A stretch of 64,000 bases of DNA from Candidatus Poribacteria bacterium (GCA_965218095.1 OZ244587.1:3488001-3552000); one strand, 5' to 3'. Positions 9,921 to 20,488 are shown, numbered from the stretch's first letter. A program made the numbers and translations. Notes: generated from the sequence alone by a model not told the origin.

Positions 9921-10157
9921 TTCGGTAATTAATCATAGTGACGGCTTCAATCATTCCCAAACAACGACTAATACCGCTACCGCTTTAGGAATTCTCTTTC
10001 CCATACATAGACACCGTTGCGCGAGGAGCATAGACCTAATAGGTTTCCAAAACCTGTCAGGTCTGAAGGATAAGATGAGAAATTTAAAACCGAAATTGGT
10101 GTAAGGTCGTCACGGAGTATACCCGAATTTTTGAACTCCATAAGAAATCGGTGTCTT

Positions 10158-10400
10158 CTAACCAAGCGCTTCGGCAACTGCTTCTGGCAGCGTGACGGTA
10201 TTTGGATCGACATCGATTGGATATTCGGTGCCATAAGCGGCAACAAGCTCATCAAAGGAGGTGTTATCCACACGCCCAAGTTCTTCGCCAGGACGATTGA
10301 GAAAAACACCCTGGCAGCTGTCACAACTCATGAGATCTACATCCGATCGTTCAATCGGGAATTGTGTAAGTGGATTATTACAATCTGGGCAAGGTAGCAT
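10158..10400 (-). CDS. Small zinc-ribbon (zf-TFIIB-like) protein
   Basis: MLPCPDC...CDSCQGVFL...GEEL. Confidence 0.6.
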   Translation of the reverse strand: MLPCPDCNNPLTQFPIERSDVDLMSCDSCQGVFLNRPGEELGRVDNTSFDELVAAYGTEYPIDVDPNTVTLPEAVAEALG

Positions 10401-10515
10401 AGATTCAATCCTTTCGGGTAGGGGTTTGGTGAAATGTGTAACCGTAAGACGTAATACAGGGTTCACGATGCAAGATTCAGAGACATCTTGGTATTCTGAA
10501 TCGCTGTATCCTTGT

Positions 10516-11709
10516 TTAATCAGCGGCAGTGGCAAGTTCTTCAGGGTGATCCATTTCGCAGAATTCAACGTAATCACTAATCAGTTCAGTGATCGTCGGA
10601 TTCTCGCCGCAGATGGGGCAGTGCTGATCGCGATTGACTTTCAACTCACGGAACTTCATGCCGAGCGCGTCGTACATCAGCAAGCGACCGATGAGCGGTT
10701 TGCCGATTCCGAGCAACACCTTGACAGCTTCAGTCGCCATCACGAGACCAACTATGCCTGGGAGCACGCCCAGGACGCCGGCCTCATTTCAGCCGGGCAC
10801 CATGCCCGGAGGCGGTGGCGTTGGATACATGCACCGATAGCACGGACCTTCGCGTGGTTTAAAAACGGTCGCCTGTCCTTCAAACTGGAAGATACTACCG
10901 TGTACGATAGTCTTATTCGTCAGCACCGCAGCATCATTGACTAGATAGCGCGTTGCGAAGTTATCGCAGCCATCCACGATCAGGTCATACGCATTAAAGA
11001 GATCTGTGACGTTGTCTTCTGACAAGCGGTCATAATACGGAATTACCTCAACATCAGGGTTTAAGGCCTTGATTGTTTCAGTTGCAGACTCAACCTTCGG
11101 CTTACCGATGGTTTCGGTACGATGGAGCACCTGACGCTGCAGGTTATTGAGTTCAACGACGTCCGAATCAATGACGCCGAGTGTGCCAACGCCGGTAGCC
11201 GCAAGGTAGAGGCCCGCCGGTGAGCCTAAACCACCTGCTCCCACGAGTAACACCTTGGCATCAAGTAGTGCTGCCTGTCCTTTTTCTCCGATTTCGTGCA
11301 GCATGAAGTGACGGCTATACCGCTCCAACTGGTCAGGGGTCATCTGTCTATCTTTTGCCGTTGAATATCCGGCAGCCCCCCAGTCTCTATAGCCGCCAGC
11401 CATCGATGTGGTATCTGTGTACCCCATTTCCCTCAGAGCTTTGGCGGCAAGCAGCGATCTTGCTCCTGCGGCGCAGTGAATGACGATCTGTTTGTTTCGG
11501 TCCGACACATAATCTTCAATATCGAACTCAAGCATACCCCGCGTGATATGAACGGCGCCGGGAATGTATCCTGCGCGATACTCATCTTCATCGCGAACAT
11601 CAAGCAGCACAAAATCTTCGTGATTATCCTGCTTCTTTTTAACTTCCTCAATCGTAACTTCCGAGATTTCCTTTCTGACTTCTTCAAGAATTTCTCTGGA
11701 TGATTTCAT
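10516..11709 (-). CDS. moeB: Rhodanese-MoeB (MoeZ/MoeBR-like adenylyltransferase), probable selenoprotein, 397 aa
   Basis: Track ORFs 10789-11709 and 10516-10767 are in one frame and joined by TGA 10789-10791 in PPPGMVPG-U-NEAGVLGVLPG, at the conserved Cys site. N-terminal rhodanese (HCAAGARS), GAGGLG, CYRC and CPIC Zn sites. Confidence 0.88.
10744..10785 (-). promoter_or_regulatory. Putative bacterial SECIS hairpin of moeB
   Basis: After UGA, lower stem GAGGCCGGC/GUUGGUCUC and upper stem CCUGGG/CCCAGG with loop CGUGCU. Confidence 0.65.
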
Positions 11710-11827
11710 GTTCTCCTCCGAGCCTCCCGTTCAGTTGACGTCGGGATAAGATTCTTTCAATGTAAAACTCAATCGCTTCCGGCGTAAATCGCCATCTCGT
11801 CGAAAAGGCGGCGTTTTTGCAACTTTC

Positions 11828-11856
11828 ATTATATCACAAGGGGATGGGGCTGTCAA
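11828..11856 (-). promoter_or_regulatory. sigma70 promoter of moeB
   Basis: Perfect TTGACA-N17-TATAAT. Confidence 0.85.
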
Positions 11857-11894
11857 AACTAAATTGAAATGGATATTCCTCTGGAAAATAAATC

Positions 11895-12130
11895 CTGTAA
11901 TGTTGTTCTCTTTCGAGCCGAGGGCTTCATGCCGGCCGAGATTGGGACGTTCCCAGTGGATGCCGTCCTCGGAGATGGCAAGACACTGAACATGCTCCTT
12001 TCCCGGGGCGTAGAAACCCACCATGTACCAGGCTTTGAATATGCCCTCCTCTTCGTCGCAGATGACCGACGCGGTCATACCGCCGTGTCGCTCCCAGGGC
12101 GCCTCTTGTTTGATAACCGGATGCGCCCCG
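11895..12130 (-). pseudogene. Truncated beta-propeller glycoside-hydrolase-like fragment
   Basis: SVICDEEEGIFKAWY...CLAISEDGIHWERPNLG (Asp-box); similarity ends abruptly before the moeB promoter. Confidence 0.6.
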
Positions 12131-12132
12131 TT

Positions 12133-13221
12133 TTATGACAGCATGCGCTCGACTGTTTTTAACTCAGCCGCAGTGTATGGTTGTTGGAACGCGCTATCCG
12201 TCGGTTCTCCATCTCGCATCAACACCGGCGATGGATTCGGAAGTTCCCAGTCGCCCAGTTCCTCTCGGTGGACAAAGGCGCCGTCTCGCTCCAGAATCGA
12301 ATAGAACGGCAGGAGAAACATCGTCAATTTTTCCATCAGTTCATCACCGGTCTCCGGCGATTCTCCCGTTTCAAACATCTCCTGAATCACGAGCTGCAAG
12401 GCGTTCCATGTGTTGTAACGAAAATACCCCGGACGCCCCGGTATCTTGCCTTCCGCATCACCCTGATGGTCGCCGAAAATACGCATATACGCCTGTCCAT
12501 CCGCTCCGCTGACCAATTGCAATGAACCATAGTACGGATGGCTCGGATGGTCATGCTCATAGATTACAAGGCCATTTGGCCTTCGCCAATTCACGGTGTG
12601 ATATGCCGCGCCTGTCATCTTGCCCCGACCTTTTTTGATTTCGTCCCGCAATACGGCATGGATGTACCACACGCCGTGTAGCCCATGCGAATAATAATCG
12701 CTCATCGAATTGTGTGCGACATAACCCTTGATGTCCGTCATGTCAGCTGCTTTTGCGCGGAGGTCGCCCACGCTTTCGGTATATTCCCAGGTCGATGCGG
12801 TCAACAGTGCGGCGCCGTGTTTTGCTGCCAGATCCACCATCGCCTGTCCCTTCGCCAGAGACGTGGCAAACGGTCGATTGACAAACGTCGGAATACCCGC
12901 CTCCAGAAAAGGCTCTGCCAGCAGTGGATACAACGAAATTGCGCTGACGTCGTCGATATATACGCCATCAACATGCTCGATCATGTCAGCGGGACGCTGC
13001 ACAATCTCAAGGCCCTGGAATGACGATTGTAATCGCTCCGCCATATTAGGCCTAATGGTCCAGGCATGCGTCAGCACCATACCTGTCGTACGAAGATGGC
13101 CCGCAGACGGATTCATTGTATTGCCCCAGATAGAGTGTGTATGCCCGCCGGCGCCGGCTATCACACCAACACGGACAAGGTCATACGGAGTAGATCGAGT
13201 AAAAGATGGCGTGGTCATCAT
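12133..13221 (-). CDS. Gfo/Idh/MocA-like oxidoreductase (divergent)
   Basis: VRVGVI, LEAGIPTFVNRPFA, HGLHGV. Confidence 0.7.
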   Translation of the reverse strand: MMTTPSFTRSTPYDLVRVGVIAGAGGHTHSIWGNTMNPSAGHLRTTGMVLTHAWTIRPNMAERLQSSFQGLEIVQRPADMIEHVDGVYIDDVSAISLYPLLAEPFLEAGIPTFVNRPFATSLAKGQAMVDLAAKHGAALLTASTWEYTESVGDLRAKAADMTDIKGYVAHNSMSDYYSHGLHGVWYIHAVLRDEIKKGRGKMTGAAYHTVNWRRPNGLVIYEHDHPSHPYYGSLQLVSGADGQAYMRIFGDHQGDAEGKIPGRPGYFRYNTWNALQLVIQEMFETGESPETGDELMEKLTMFLLPFYSILERDGAFVHREELGDWELPNPSPVLMRDGEPTDSAFQQPYTAAELKTVERMLS

Positions 13222-13448
13222 TTAGCTCCCTTTTGAAGCGGTCAAATGTTGTATGAACGAAATGAGGTTCGCTGATTGTAATGGAGTTCTATTTCAAAGT
13301 CAACCCTTTTCCGCCGGTTTTCCCGGCCAAGGGATGATGACAATTTCCCTTGACCGGCGAGCGAGAAACAGGTAAAATGGCTTGCGTATATTTCCTCGGT
13401 AGACAAGAATTAACGATTCTAACGCAGAGGCGGTATAATGGCTCACAT

Positions 13449-14339
13449 ATGACTCCAATTTCCATCGTCCTCGTTTTACTCTCCGCCTTTTTCCACGCCC
13501 TGTGGAACTACTTCGGCAAAGCAAGCCGCTCACCGCAACTTTTCTTCTTCTGGATTGGAGTTTTTACAGTGGGGATAGCGGTTGCCGCCTTCGCAATTAA
13601 ACTGCCGATCGTCCCGCAATCGGTTTGGATCTATGTCATTGCGTCGGGCGTCGTTCACTTTTTCTACTGGTTCTTCCTGAGTCGTGCTTACACATCAGGC
13701 GAGATCTCCTATGTCTACCCGATTGCCCGCTCTGCGCCCGGATTTATTCCCCTATTCGCCTTCTTGTTTTTACGAGAGCGGATCTCAGCACAGGGACTAA
13801 TCGGCATTTTTTGCATCGTATTCTCGATTTACCTTCTCCAACAGCGGGGAAGCGGCTTGACGTTCAAGGAACTGATTCGGTACATGAAGCAGCCGGATTC
13901 CGTTTGGGCGTTTTCGACGCTCGGCACAGTGATCACATACTCACTAATTGATAAGGCGGGTATGTCCGACTTTCATGCGAATTCGACCGAACATCCCGTC
14001 TGGCGGGCCGTAACCTACTACTTGACGGAAGGGGTGATTGCGCATGTATTTTACGGCATCTACATTCTATTTCGGTTTCCAAGGAGGGAAATCGCGGAGA
14101 TTGGGCGTCGGGAATGGAAGCGAATTCTCGCGACCGGGGCACTTGCGATGGCCTCTTACACGTTAATCCTTTATGTGTATATGACGCAAAAGGTGAGCTA
14201 CGTCGTCGCGCTCCGGCAGTCTTCCGTGATCTTCGCGGTGCTGCTCGGCGCTTACGTACTGAAGGAATCGCAAGCAAAACTGCGGTTCACCGCAGCAGTG
14301 GTGATGGTCATCGGTATGTTTCTGATTTCGACAGCTTAG
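13449..14339 (+). CDS. DMT/EamA family transporter
   Basis: LVLLSAFFHALWN, AY..GEISYVYPIAR, VSYVVALRQSSV; about 10 hydrophobic segments. Confidence 0.9.
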   Translation: MTPISIVLVLLSAFFHALWNYFGKASRSPQLFFFWIGVFTVGIAVAAFAIKLPIVPQSVWIYVIASGVVHFFYWFFLSRAYTSGEISYVYPIARSAPGFIPLFAFLFLRERISAQGLIGIFCIVFSIYLLQQRGSGLTFKELIRYMKQPDSVWAFSTLGTVITYSLIDKAGMSDFHANSTEHPVWRAVTYYLTEGVIAHVFYGIYILFRFPRREIAEIGRREWKRILATGALAMASYTLILYVYMTQKVSYVVALRQSSVIFAVLLGAYVLKESQAKLRFTAAVVMVIGMFLISTA

Positions 14340-14983
14340 ATCAGATGCAGCCAATCGTGCATCAGGAAATCGACCCGTTGGATTAGAAGCGATACACGTC
14401 CCATCACCGTATTACCAAACGCTGAACCGAATCCAATCATCAAAAAGATGATGCCGATCTTGGAAATCCCCCCAACAGCGCCGCGATGTTCGACGGAGAA
14501 GAAGAAATAAGTCAGTGTCGAGATAACACCGATGAGCATCAAGATTGCGCCGAAGATTTCAAAAGGGCTTAACGCGCCCGCATGAATTTGTACAAAGGGA
14601 TCTAGGGTACCATGGACCTGACGGAATATGCTTGCCTCCATCACATTAGGAATAGCCAAGCCAGATCCAATACCAATGAGGATGGCAATCGGATAGCGGA
14701 TCAGCCATGCGTATTTCGGAATGAGACGGGCAAAGAACAGTAGCCCAATGCCAATCGGAATGAGCTTCACCAATCCTCCTAGTTCGCGCTGAGTCACGGC
14801 TTCCCAAAATGGATTCCATGCTAATGGAATCAGACCGTCATAGATTGAAAGCACGATACCGTAGCCAACCGAAACGCCAAGAAAAAGGTGCTCAGCAAAA
14901 CGATAAAACGGGTTATCGCGGTAAAGAAAGCTGTAAATGCAAAGCGTGAGAAAAGCAGCTATCCAAACGCCGACTAATGCCAT
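14336..14983 (-). CDS. Conserved hypothetical membrane protein (gene 4 of the DUF6754-type operon)
   Basis: LTLCIYSFLYRDNPFYRFAEHLFLG...LTYFFFS...LMIGFGSAFGNTVMGR; multi-pass. Confidence 0.75.
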   Translation of the reverse strand: MALVGVWIAAFLTLCIYSFLYRDNPFYRFAEHLFLGVSVGYGIVLSIYDGLIPLAWNPFWEAVTQRELGGLVKLIPIGIGLLFFARLIPKYAWLIRYPIAILIGIGSGLAIPNVMEASIFRQVHGTLDPFVQIHAGALSPFEIFGAILMLIGVISTLTYFFFSVEHRGAVGGISKIGIIFLMIGFGSAFGNTVMGRVSLLIQRVDFLMHDWLHLI

Positions 14984-15001
14984 ATATACAAACCTCCGGT
15001 T

Positions 15002-15817
15002 TTATTGTTCTTCACGTCGCTGGATAAAGAAGGCGATATTGCCCAAAATCACTAAGACCACAATTAGGAGATGAACGAAGGATTGGACGCTCATCCCCGC
15101 TGTTCCCTGTGCAGGTATGTTAATCAGTTTTTCGTACTCCGCCGCTCCCAGGAGTCCGGGCATCAATCCGACCAACTGCTTCGTCTGTAGATATGGATAC
15201 AGTTCCGATACCATCACGCCAGTCACGCCTGCAGCAATCTGCTGATTGTATCTTGTATTCGCGTAGGTAATCCACGCCCCCGGCGTCGCAGATGAAGCCA
15301 AATCCAAAACCAAATCTATCTGATCATAATTTTTGATGTCCATCATCATAGGGATTTCGGCAAGCGATTTTTTGCTATAATCGCTCTCGTAAACACTATC
15401 GATTGCATTGCCCATTCCAAGAAGCACTTGCACACCGCCGGGGCGGAATCCGAGATAGACATAGTCGTCGCCATTGACTGCGCCGGTTTCCTCTGCGACA
15501 TCCTTCATAACCTCGTCGCCAAGCGTCGCCCCGACGTTAAACAGGGTCAACCCAATGGCTCGAATCTTTTTCCTAAAACAGTGACGCAGAACAGCGGCAG
15601 CCATTGGTTCGAGTTCTGCCAATGACGAGGGACCATAGTTGAACGCTATCATAACTGTTGAGCGGGGCGGGAGAGCGTCAATATAATCGTAGATGTTGCG
15701 CGTTGGCTCGGAAACCGTAACTGGAAAATTGACTTTTAGCAATGTTGGGATGATCACTGCCAGCGCAACTAGAATAAAGATGATACGTCGGTCAATGTTC
15801 ATCAATTTTTCGAGCAT
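15002..15817 (-). CDS. Conserved hypothetical membrane-anchored protein (gene 3)
   Basis: IDRRIIF, AELEPM, DYVYLGF, LYPY, GLLGAAEYE; hydrophobic segments at both ends. Confidence 0.75.
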   Translation of the reverse strand: MLEKLMNIDRRIIFILVALAVIIPTLLKVNFPVTVSEPTRNIYDYIDALPPRSTVMIAFNYGPSSLAELEPMAAAVLRHCFRKKIRAIGLTLFNVGATLGDEVMKDVAEETGAVNGDDYVYLGFRPGGVQVLLGMGNAIDSVYESDYSKKSLAEIPMMMDIKNYDQIDLVLDLASSATPGAWITYANTRYNQQIAAGVTGVMVSELYPYLQTKQLVGLMPGLLGAAEYEKLINIPAQGTAGMSVQSFVHLLIVVLVILGNIAFFIQRREEQ

Positions 15818-15822
15818 CGGTT

Positions 15823-16467
15823 TTAATCTCCTCCTCCAAGATAGGAACGCTCAATCCCCAGGATAATCCGAATAGATTGAGATATAACGCCAAGGCTGAC
15901 ACCGAGGATAATCCCTCGTCGTGATGAGAGGTTAGGATTCTCCAAGATCCATTGTCGGGCTGTGGAGGGCAAATTATCTTCAAATGGCATAATCTTATTC
16001 CAAATGAGATCCCCGATGGGAGCATTCCCAAGCATCACAATCAGGGCCGCTACCAATAAGAGAGTTGCCTCGAAAGTACGGGTGCGGAAAGCACGATACG
16101 CTGCGGACGCGATAAAAAATGCGAGGAGTGAAAACATTGTTGCATCCATTGGCACCTGGACATTTTTGAACATCCACACAAAGGCCGAATGACGGGGACC
16201 AAAAGGGATACCAATCGCAACCATAACAATCATCCCGATAAAAACTAGGTAACTGTACTGCCAATATTCGGTGCGACGTCGTATGCGTACCCAATGAGTA
16301 TGCACTAGTGTTGCAACAGCCAACACCAGTGCAAATGGTCCTATAATCAACGCCCAGTTGATGACTTCGTTCCTGAGCCCCTGAGATACTGGATGTGGGC
16401 TAAACTCGACGAACATCATCACAATACCAAAAAGGAAGCAGAACGCTAACGGAACTTGTCGTCTCAT
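15823..16467 (-). CDS. Conserved hypothetical membrane protein (gene 2)
   Basis: ATMFSLLAFFIASAAYRAFR...RGIILG...RIILGIERSYLG. Confidence 0.75.
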   Translation of the reverse strand: MRRQVPLAFCFLFGIVMMFVEFSPHPVSQGLRNEVINWALIIGPFALVLAVATLVHTHWVRIRRRTEYWQYSYLVFIGMIVMVAIGIPFGPRHSAFVWMFKNVQVPMDATMFSLLAFFIASAAYRAFRTRTFEATLLLVAALIVMLGNAPIGDLIWNKIMPFEDNLPSTARQWILENPNLSSRRGIILGVSLGVISQSIRIILGIERSYLGGGD

Positions 16468-16505
16468 AACACCTCCATATTCGTGAAACGTGATGCGTGA
16501 AATCC

Positions 16506-17387
16506 CTACCCGACCCGCTGGAAGAAGGTTGTCATCCAGTTTATGCCGGAAAGCTCAAGAATGATGCCAATGATAATGGCAGCGAAGATTAACAACTTTC
16601 CGTAATCTTGTCCTTTTAGGCTCCCGAGCAGCATGGGTTCTCCCGATAGATACGCGCTTGCAGCGTACAACTCTTCGCCAATCAATGTGTAATCACAGGC
16701 GGCTATGAAAAACGGCAATTGTGAATCGGAATCGGTGCCTGCAATTTGAATCGCACCGACAGAATTGCCCGTCTCGGCGAGGATTAGCGATTCGGCGTAG
16801 AACGTACCTTGCATGAACACCGCGGCGGGTTTCTCACGGATCATCATCCCATCAACGCCCGCAGCGTACGCAAACTGACTATCAGTTAAGAAAAAGATGT
16901 CATCCTCTTTATAGGCATCCGGGTGGCCTTCATTCAAGTAAGCAGTTCTCACCATCTCACGAACGACATTCAGTACAATCGGATCGTTGCACGGTACGCG
17001 AAGCGAGGTTTCATAGTCAGCAGTTTTCCGCGCAACCTGACTCAGGATATTCATGCTCGCGATTGTCGCAACATCGCTGACACTGCCCAGTCCCAAGATG
17101 TACATAATCGGACGCCCCATTTCTGTCGATCTGCCGATAGCCTCATCTACGGCTTCGAGGCCGGGAATACGACGGATGAACAGTTTCTTTCCACTCCGCG
17201 CGTGATAGATGCAATAGACCACTGTAACCGAGTAAAGGACCACGGATAGGAAGACCCATTTTTTGCCGGTGTGGAACCATCTAGTATCTTCGGTTTCGGT
17301 TGCATCCTGTGCAAAGGCAATGCTATAGCCCCACCCAAGCACAAGCATCAAGATAACCAGACACTGAATGATTTTCTTAGACTTCAT
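16506..17387 (-). CDS. DUF6754-like protein (gene 1), with signal peptide
   Basis: IRRIPGLEAVDEAIGRSTEMGRP, QFAYAAG, AESLILAE, QLPFFIAACDYTLIGEELYAASAY. Family assigned from recall. Confidence 0.75.
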   Translation of the reverse strand: MKSKKIIQCLVILMLVLGWGYSIAFAQDATETEDTRWFHTGKKWVFLSVVLYSVTVVYCIYHARSGKKLFIRRIPGLEAVDEAIGRSTEMGRPIMYILGLGSVSDVATIASMNILSQVARKTADYETSLRVPCNDPIVLNVVREMVRTAYLNEGHPDAYKEDDIFFLTDSQFAYAAGVDGMMIREKPAAVFMQGTFYAESLILAETGNSVGAIQIAGTDSDSQLPFFIAACDYTLIGEELYAASAYLSGEPMLLGSLKGQDYGKLLIFAAIIIGIILELSGINWMTTFFQRVG

Positions 17388-17435
17388 TCTGTTTTCTTTC
17401 TCCTAACTTTTGAGTTGACGATTAAAACGTAAAAC

Positions 17436-17639
17436 CTATTTGCGTACTGCGTGATTTGCTGATTCGCCCGTCTCCCGTTCAACAGCATGGCAACGCACAA
17501 TGCGTCCATCCCCAAAATCCAGAGGCTTCGGGACAACCTCGTTGCACACGCCATCAATATAAAGCGGACAGCGCAGGTAAAACCGACAGCCTGTCGATGG
17601 ATTCACAGGCGATGGTAACTCGCCGGGCAGGATCTTGCG
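17436..17639 (-). pseudogene. C-terminal remnant of an oligopeptide/dipeptide ABC ATPase (OppD/OppF Cys domain)
   Basis: Hand translation RKILPGELPSPVNPSTGCRFYLRCP...C...GRIVRCH; no ATPase domain and no start codon. Confidence 0.75.
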
Positions 17640-17649
17640 GACAGCAGCG

Positions 17650-17678
17650 ATTATAGCACGTTATCAGTGATGTGTCAA
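17650..17678 (-). promoter_or_regulatory. sigma70 promoter of the membrane-protein operon
   Basis: Perfect TTGACA-N17-TATAAT. Confidence 0.85.
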
Positions 17679-17760
17679 AAGGAAAATTGAACCGACGAAT
17701 CAACAAACGGGCGAATCAGAAACAAGCATCAAAGTAGGGGATAGTTCATCCTGAATTGTT

Positions 17761-17921
17761 TAGGACTTACGCAGCCGACATGCAGAACATGCAGTTTCAC
17801 AGGATCTTGAATCATGACTCCCCGATGGATCGGGGCAGGCTCTGAATCTGATGCAAGATGCAAAATACAGGGGGCGCAAGAGGTTGGGGGTTAATCGACT
17901 TATGCAATTGCCTAAGTCCTG
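17761..17921. mobile_element. MITE with the same ends as the IS701-like remnants
   Basis: Ends TAGGACTTACGCA...TGCCTAAGTCCTG, flanked by the 5-bp direct repeat TTGTT. Confidence 0.8.
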
Positions 17922-17932
17922 TTGTTATAATC

Positions 17933-19030
17933 CTACCGAAACCAAGCGTAGTTGAGCCGCAGCGATCGGTCTTCTAAGGGCAATTCAACCCGTGTACCGC
18001 CCCGGGCACTGGAAACCTTCAGCGCAATCTCCACCTCCAGCGCCACAGCCACACGCCGGCCTGAGTTCTTGGGTTCGTCCAGCTTTCCTGCCAGGCAGTC
18101 AAAAATATCGGCGTACCCATACACCGCACCGTAAGGCGGTCTGAACTGCGGGTCTGGCCAAGGCATTTCCACATGTTTCTGTCCCGACAGGGTATCAACC
18201 TCCTGCCACAGACGCCAACCCGGTTCATACCCAAAGACAATCTCCCCTTTCGTCCCTGAAAGCCGGATGCCCGGCGCGCCCTTACGGAAGTGGAGCATCT
18301 GGTCCTCAACCGTCACCAGTATGCCCTGCCCCATGAATTCATCGCTGCCTGATTCCTGCCGCGGCGCATCGCCAATTCCAACGACCCAGGCGGGCGCGCT
18401 ATTGAGAAAATACGACCAGTTCTGGTGCTGAGCCCCAGGGCCAGCGGCTTCCATGCCAATGATTTCCCCAATAGCGCCGCTCCGCACCAGTTCTTTCGCC
18501 TTGCCAAAGGACGGGTGCGTGGTTGTGATTGAACCGCAGCAGAGCGGTACGTCAGCCTTGGCACACGTCTGCACCATGCGGTCCGCCTCGTCAAGGGTGT
18601 GAGCCATAGGCTTTTCCGTCATGATGCCCCTGGCGCCACATTCAACAGCCAAGCAGGTCAGATCGGCCCGTCCCTTGGTATTGGTGGCGACAGCAACGAT
18701 ATCGAGCTTCTCTCCGCGCAGCATTTCCTCGGCATCGGTATAGAGATTCTTCACGTCATAACGCTCGCTGAAAATCTTCAGACGCTTCTCATCGCGATCT
18801 GCGGCGGCGACCAACTCGACCTCTGGACGGTCCCAGAGTGCTTCAGCATAGGTGCTCGGCAGCCCCTCATTGCCGGGATGCTCCCAGTGGTGAATACGAC
18901 GGTGCGGGTCCACCTCGGGCGTGGGGCGGTCCACATCGTCCACGCTGAACCGATCCGGAAGTCGTTGCGCTAAGTCGTACAGCATTCCCATCCAGCCGAG
19001 ACCAATGACTCCAGCGCGATATTTATCCAT
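17933..19030 (-). CDS. Gfo/Idh/MocA oxidoreductase
   Basis: RAGVIGLGWMG, LDIVAVAT, IMTEKPMA. Confidence 0.9.
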   Translation of the reverse strand: MDKYRAGVIGLGWMGMLYDLAQRLPDRFSVDDVDRPTPEVDPHRRIHHWEHPGNEGLPSTYAEALWDRPEVELVAAADRDEKRLKIFSERYDVKNLYTDAEEMLRGEKLDIVAVATNTKGRADLTCLAVECGARGIMTEKPMAHTLDEADRMVQTCAKADVPLCCGSITTTHPSFGKAKELVRSGAIGEIIGMEAAGPGAQHQNWSYFLNSAPAWVVGIGDAPRQESGSDEFMGQGILVTVEDQMLHFRKGAPGIRLSGTKGEIVFGYEPGWRLWQEVDTLSGQKHVEMPWPDPQFRPPYGAVYGYADIFDCLAGKLDEPKNSGRRVAVALEVEIALKVSSARGGTRVELPLEDRSLRLNYAWFR

Positions 19031-19451
19031 AAGTCTCCTCCTTGTTTGTTCAACCTTATCAGAAATTTTGACCCCTAGAAGATCTTACACATATATAGAA
19101 ATCTCCTATTCAATCCTCACCATCAAATTCATCTTTCATTCGATCTCCGGCCTGCTTCATTATTCCGGGAAATACGGATCCCTGGATTATTCTAGCCCCG
19201 CTTTGACATTCACCAACATCAAACTTATCTGATTATACTTGAAAAAAGGATTAAAGAAAAGAAAAAATGACAAAGCCCTATAATATAATAATGCCGGATT
19301 CGTTTCAAAGGGGCTATCTGAAATATCGAAAATGTGGTATACTTGATTCTGTACCATCAAAAACTTCGGTCGTTCAAGATCAATAAGTATACGGCCTTAG
19401 TATACGGCCTTTAAGAATTTTCATCCCAATCGATCAGCATGGAGGGTCATT

Positions 19452-20240
19452 ATGAGCCTAGATACGAAGTATGACATCAACCAGATGATGGAGGAATGGC
19501 GGATCAATGGGTTCGTCGTTTTCGAGGATCTCATCCCGACGGAGAAGATTGACCGTATCCGCGATGCCTGGGTGCCGATTCGAGACCGCGACATTGAGCA
19601 ACAGGGGAAAAATCCGTCCCGCGGCTATCATCGCTATAACGTGCAGGTGCCATTCAAGCGCCCCTTGGTCGACGAAGAAATCTTCGAGCATCCCGCCCTG
19701 GTTGAATTTCTTGGGCGCGTGATGGGGCCAGATTACGTGTGGACACACTTCGACTCGAACATACCACTGCCGGGAACAGACTATCAGAAATGGCATCGGG
19801 ATGGCATGGCTTCCCCCTTCCCAGGCGTTATGACGCCGGCTTTCTGTGTCGGCGTCAAATTCCCACTGGTTGACACGAACGAAGATAATGGCAGTTTTGA
19901 AGTCATTCCAGGTACGCAGTACGTCACCAATGACGAATTACCCCCCAATTTCGACGACATCTTTGGCGCTGGCGCAGACCGCCGTGGGAGGTACCACCCA
20001 ATCCGCCTCAATCTGAAGAAGGGCTCGCTCTGGGTTCAGGATGGGCGCGCCTTTCATCGCGGCACCCCCAATCGATCGGATCACGCACGCGATGAACTGT
20101 GCATGGCATTCAGCGTCCCCTGGCTATTCAGCGGGCGGCTGCATGAGTACACCGAGAAGCACTTCCCACGGGACCTTTGGGAAAGCCTGTCGCCCCGCGC
20201 GAAACATGTGCTGCGATGGCAGCGAGTGAAAGATGAGTAA
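19452..20240 (+). CDS. PhyH family dioxygenase
   Basis: QKWHRD, PLVD..EDNGSFEVIPGT, HRGTPNRS. Confidence 0.92.
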   Translation: MSLDTKYDINQMMEEWRINGFVVFEDLIPTEKIDRIRDAWVPIRDRDIEQQGKNPSRGYHRYNVQVPFKRPLVDEEIFEHPALVEFLGRVMGPDYVWTHFDSNIPLPGTDYQKWHRDGMASPFPGVMTPAFCVGVKFPLVDTNEDNGSFEVIPGTQYVTNDELPPNFDDIFGAGADRRGRYHPIRLNLKKGSLWVQDGRAFHRGTPNRSDHARDELCMAFSVPWLFSGRLHEYTEKHFPRDLWESLSPRAKHVLRWQRVKDE

Positions 20241-20488
20241 GGAAATGAAGGAGCCGGGTGGGTAGCTAACCGAATTTGAACCCAAGGGAGGATACCGAAT
20301 CCTCCCCGCATCAGGTTGGACAGGGAATCGGTTTTAAGCCCCTGTTATCCTCTCTATTCTAATGATCTGCTTTTGACATTTGAGGTACGATCATAGTTCG
20401 ATAGCCAAATCAACAGATTTAGAACATTATCTGTCATTTGAAGAGGATTGCGCGGATAGATCAGCAACGACCTGATATAGGAGAAATT

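Noticed and set aside
17400-17645. Riboswitch in the long leader of the membrane operon
   Set aside because: The sequence translates as an OppD/OppF C-terminal remnant, and no recognisable aptamer is present.
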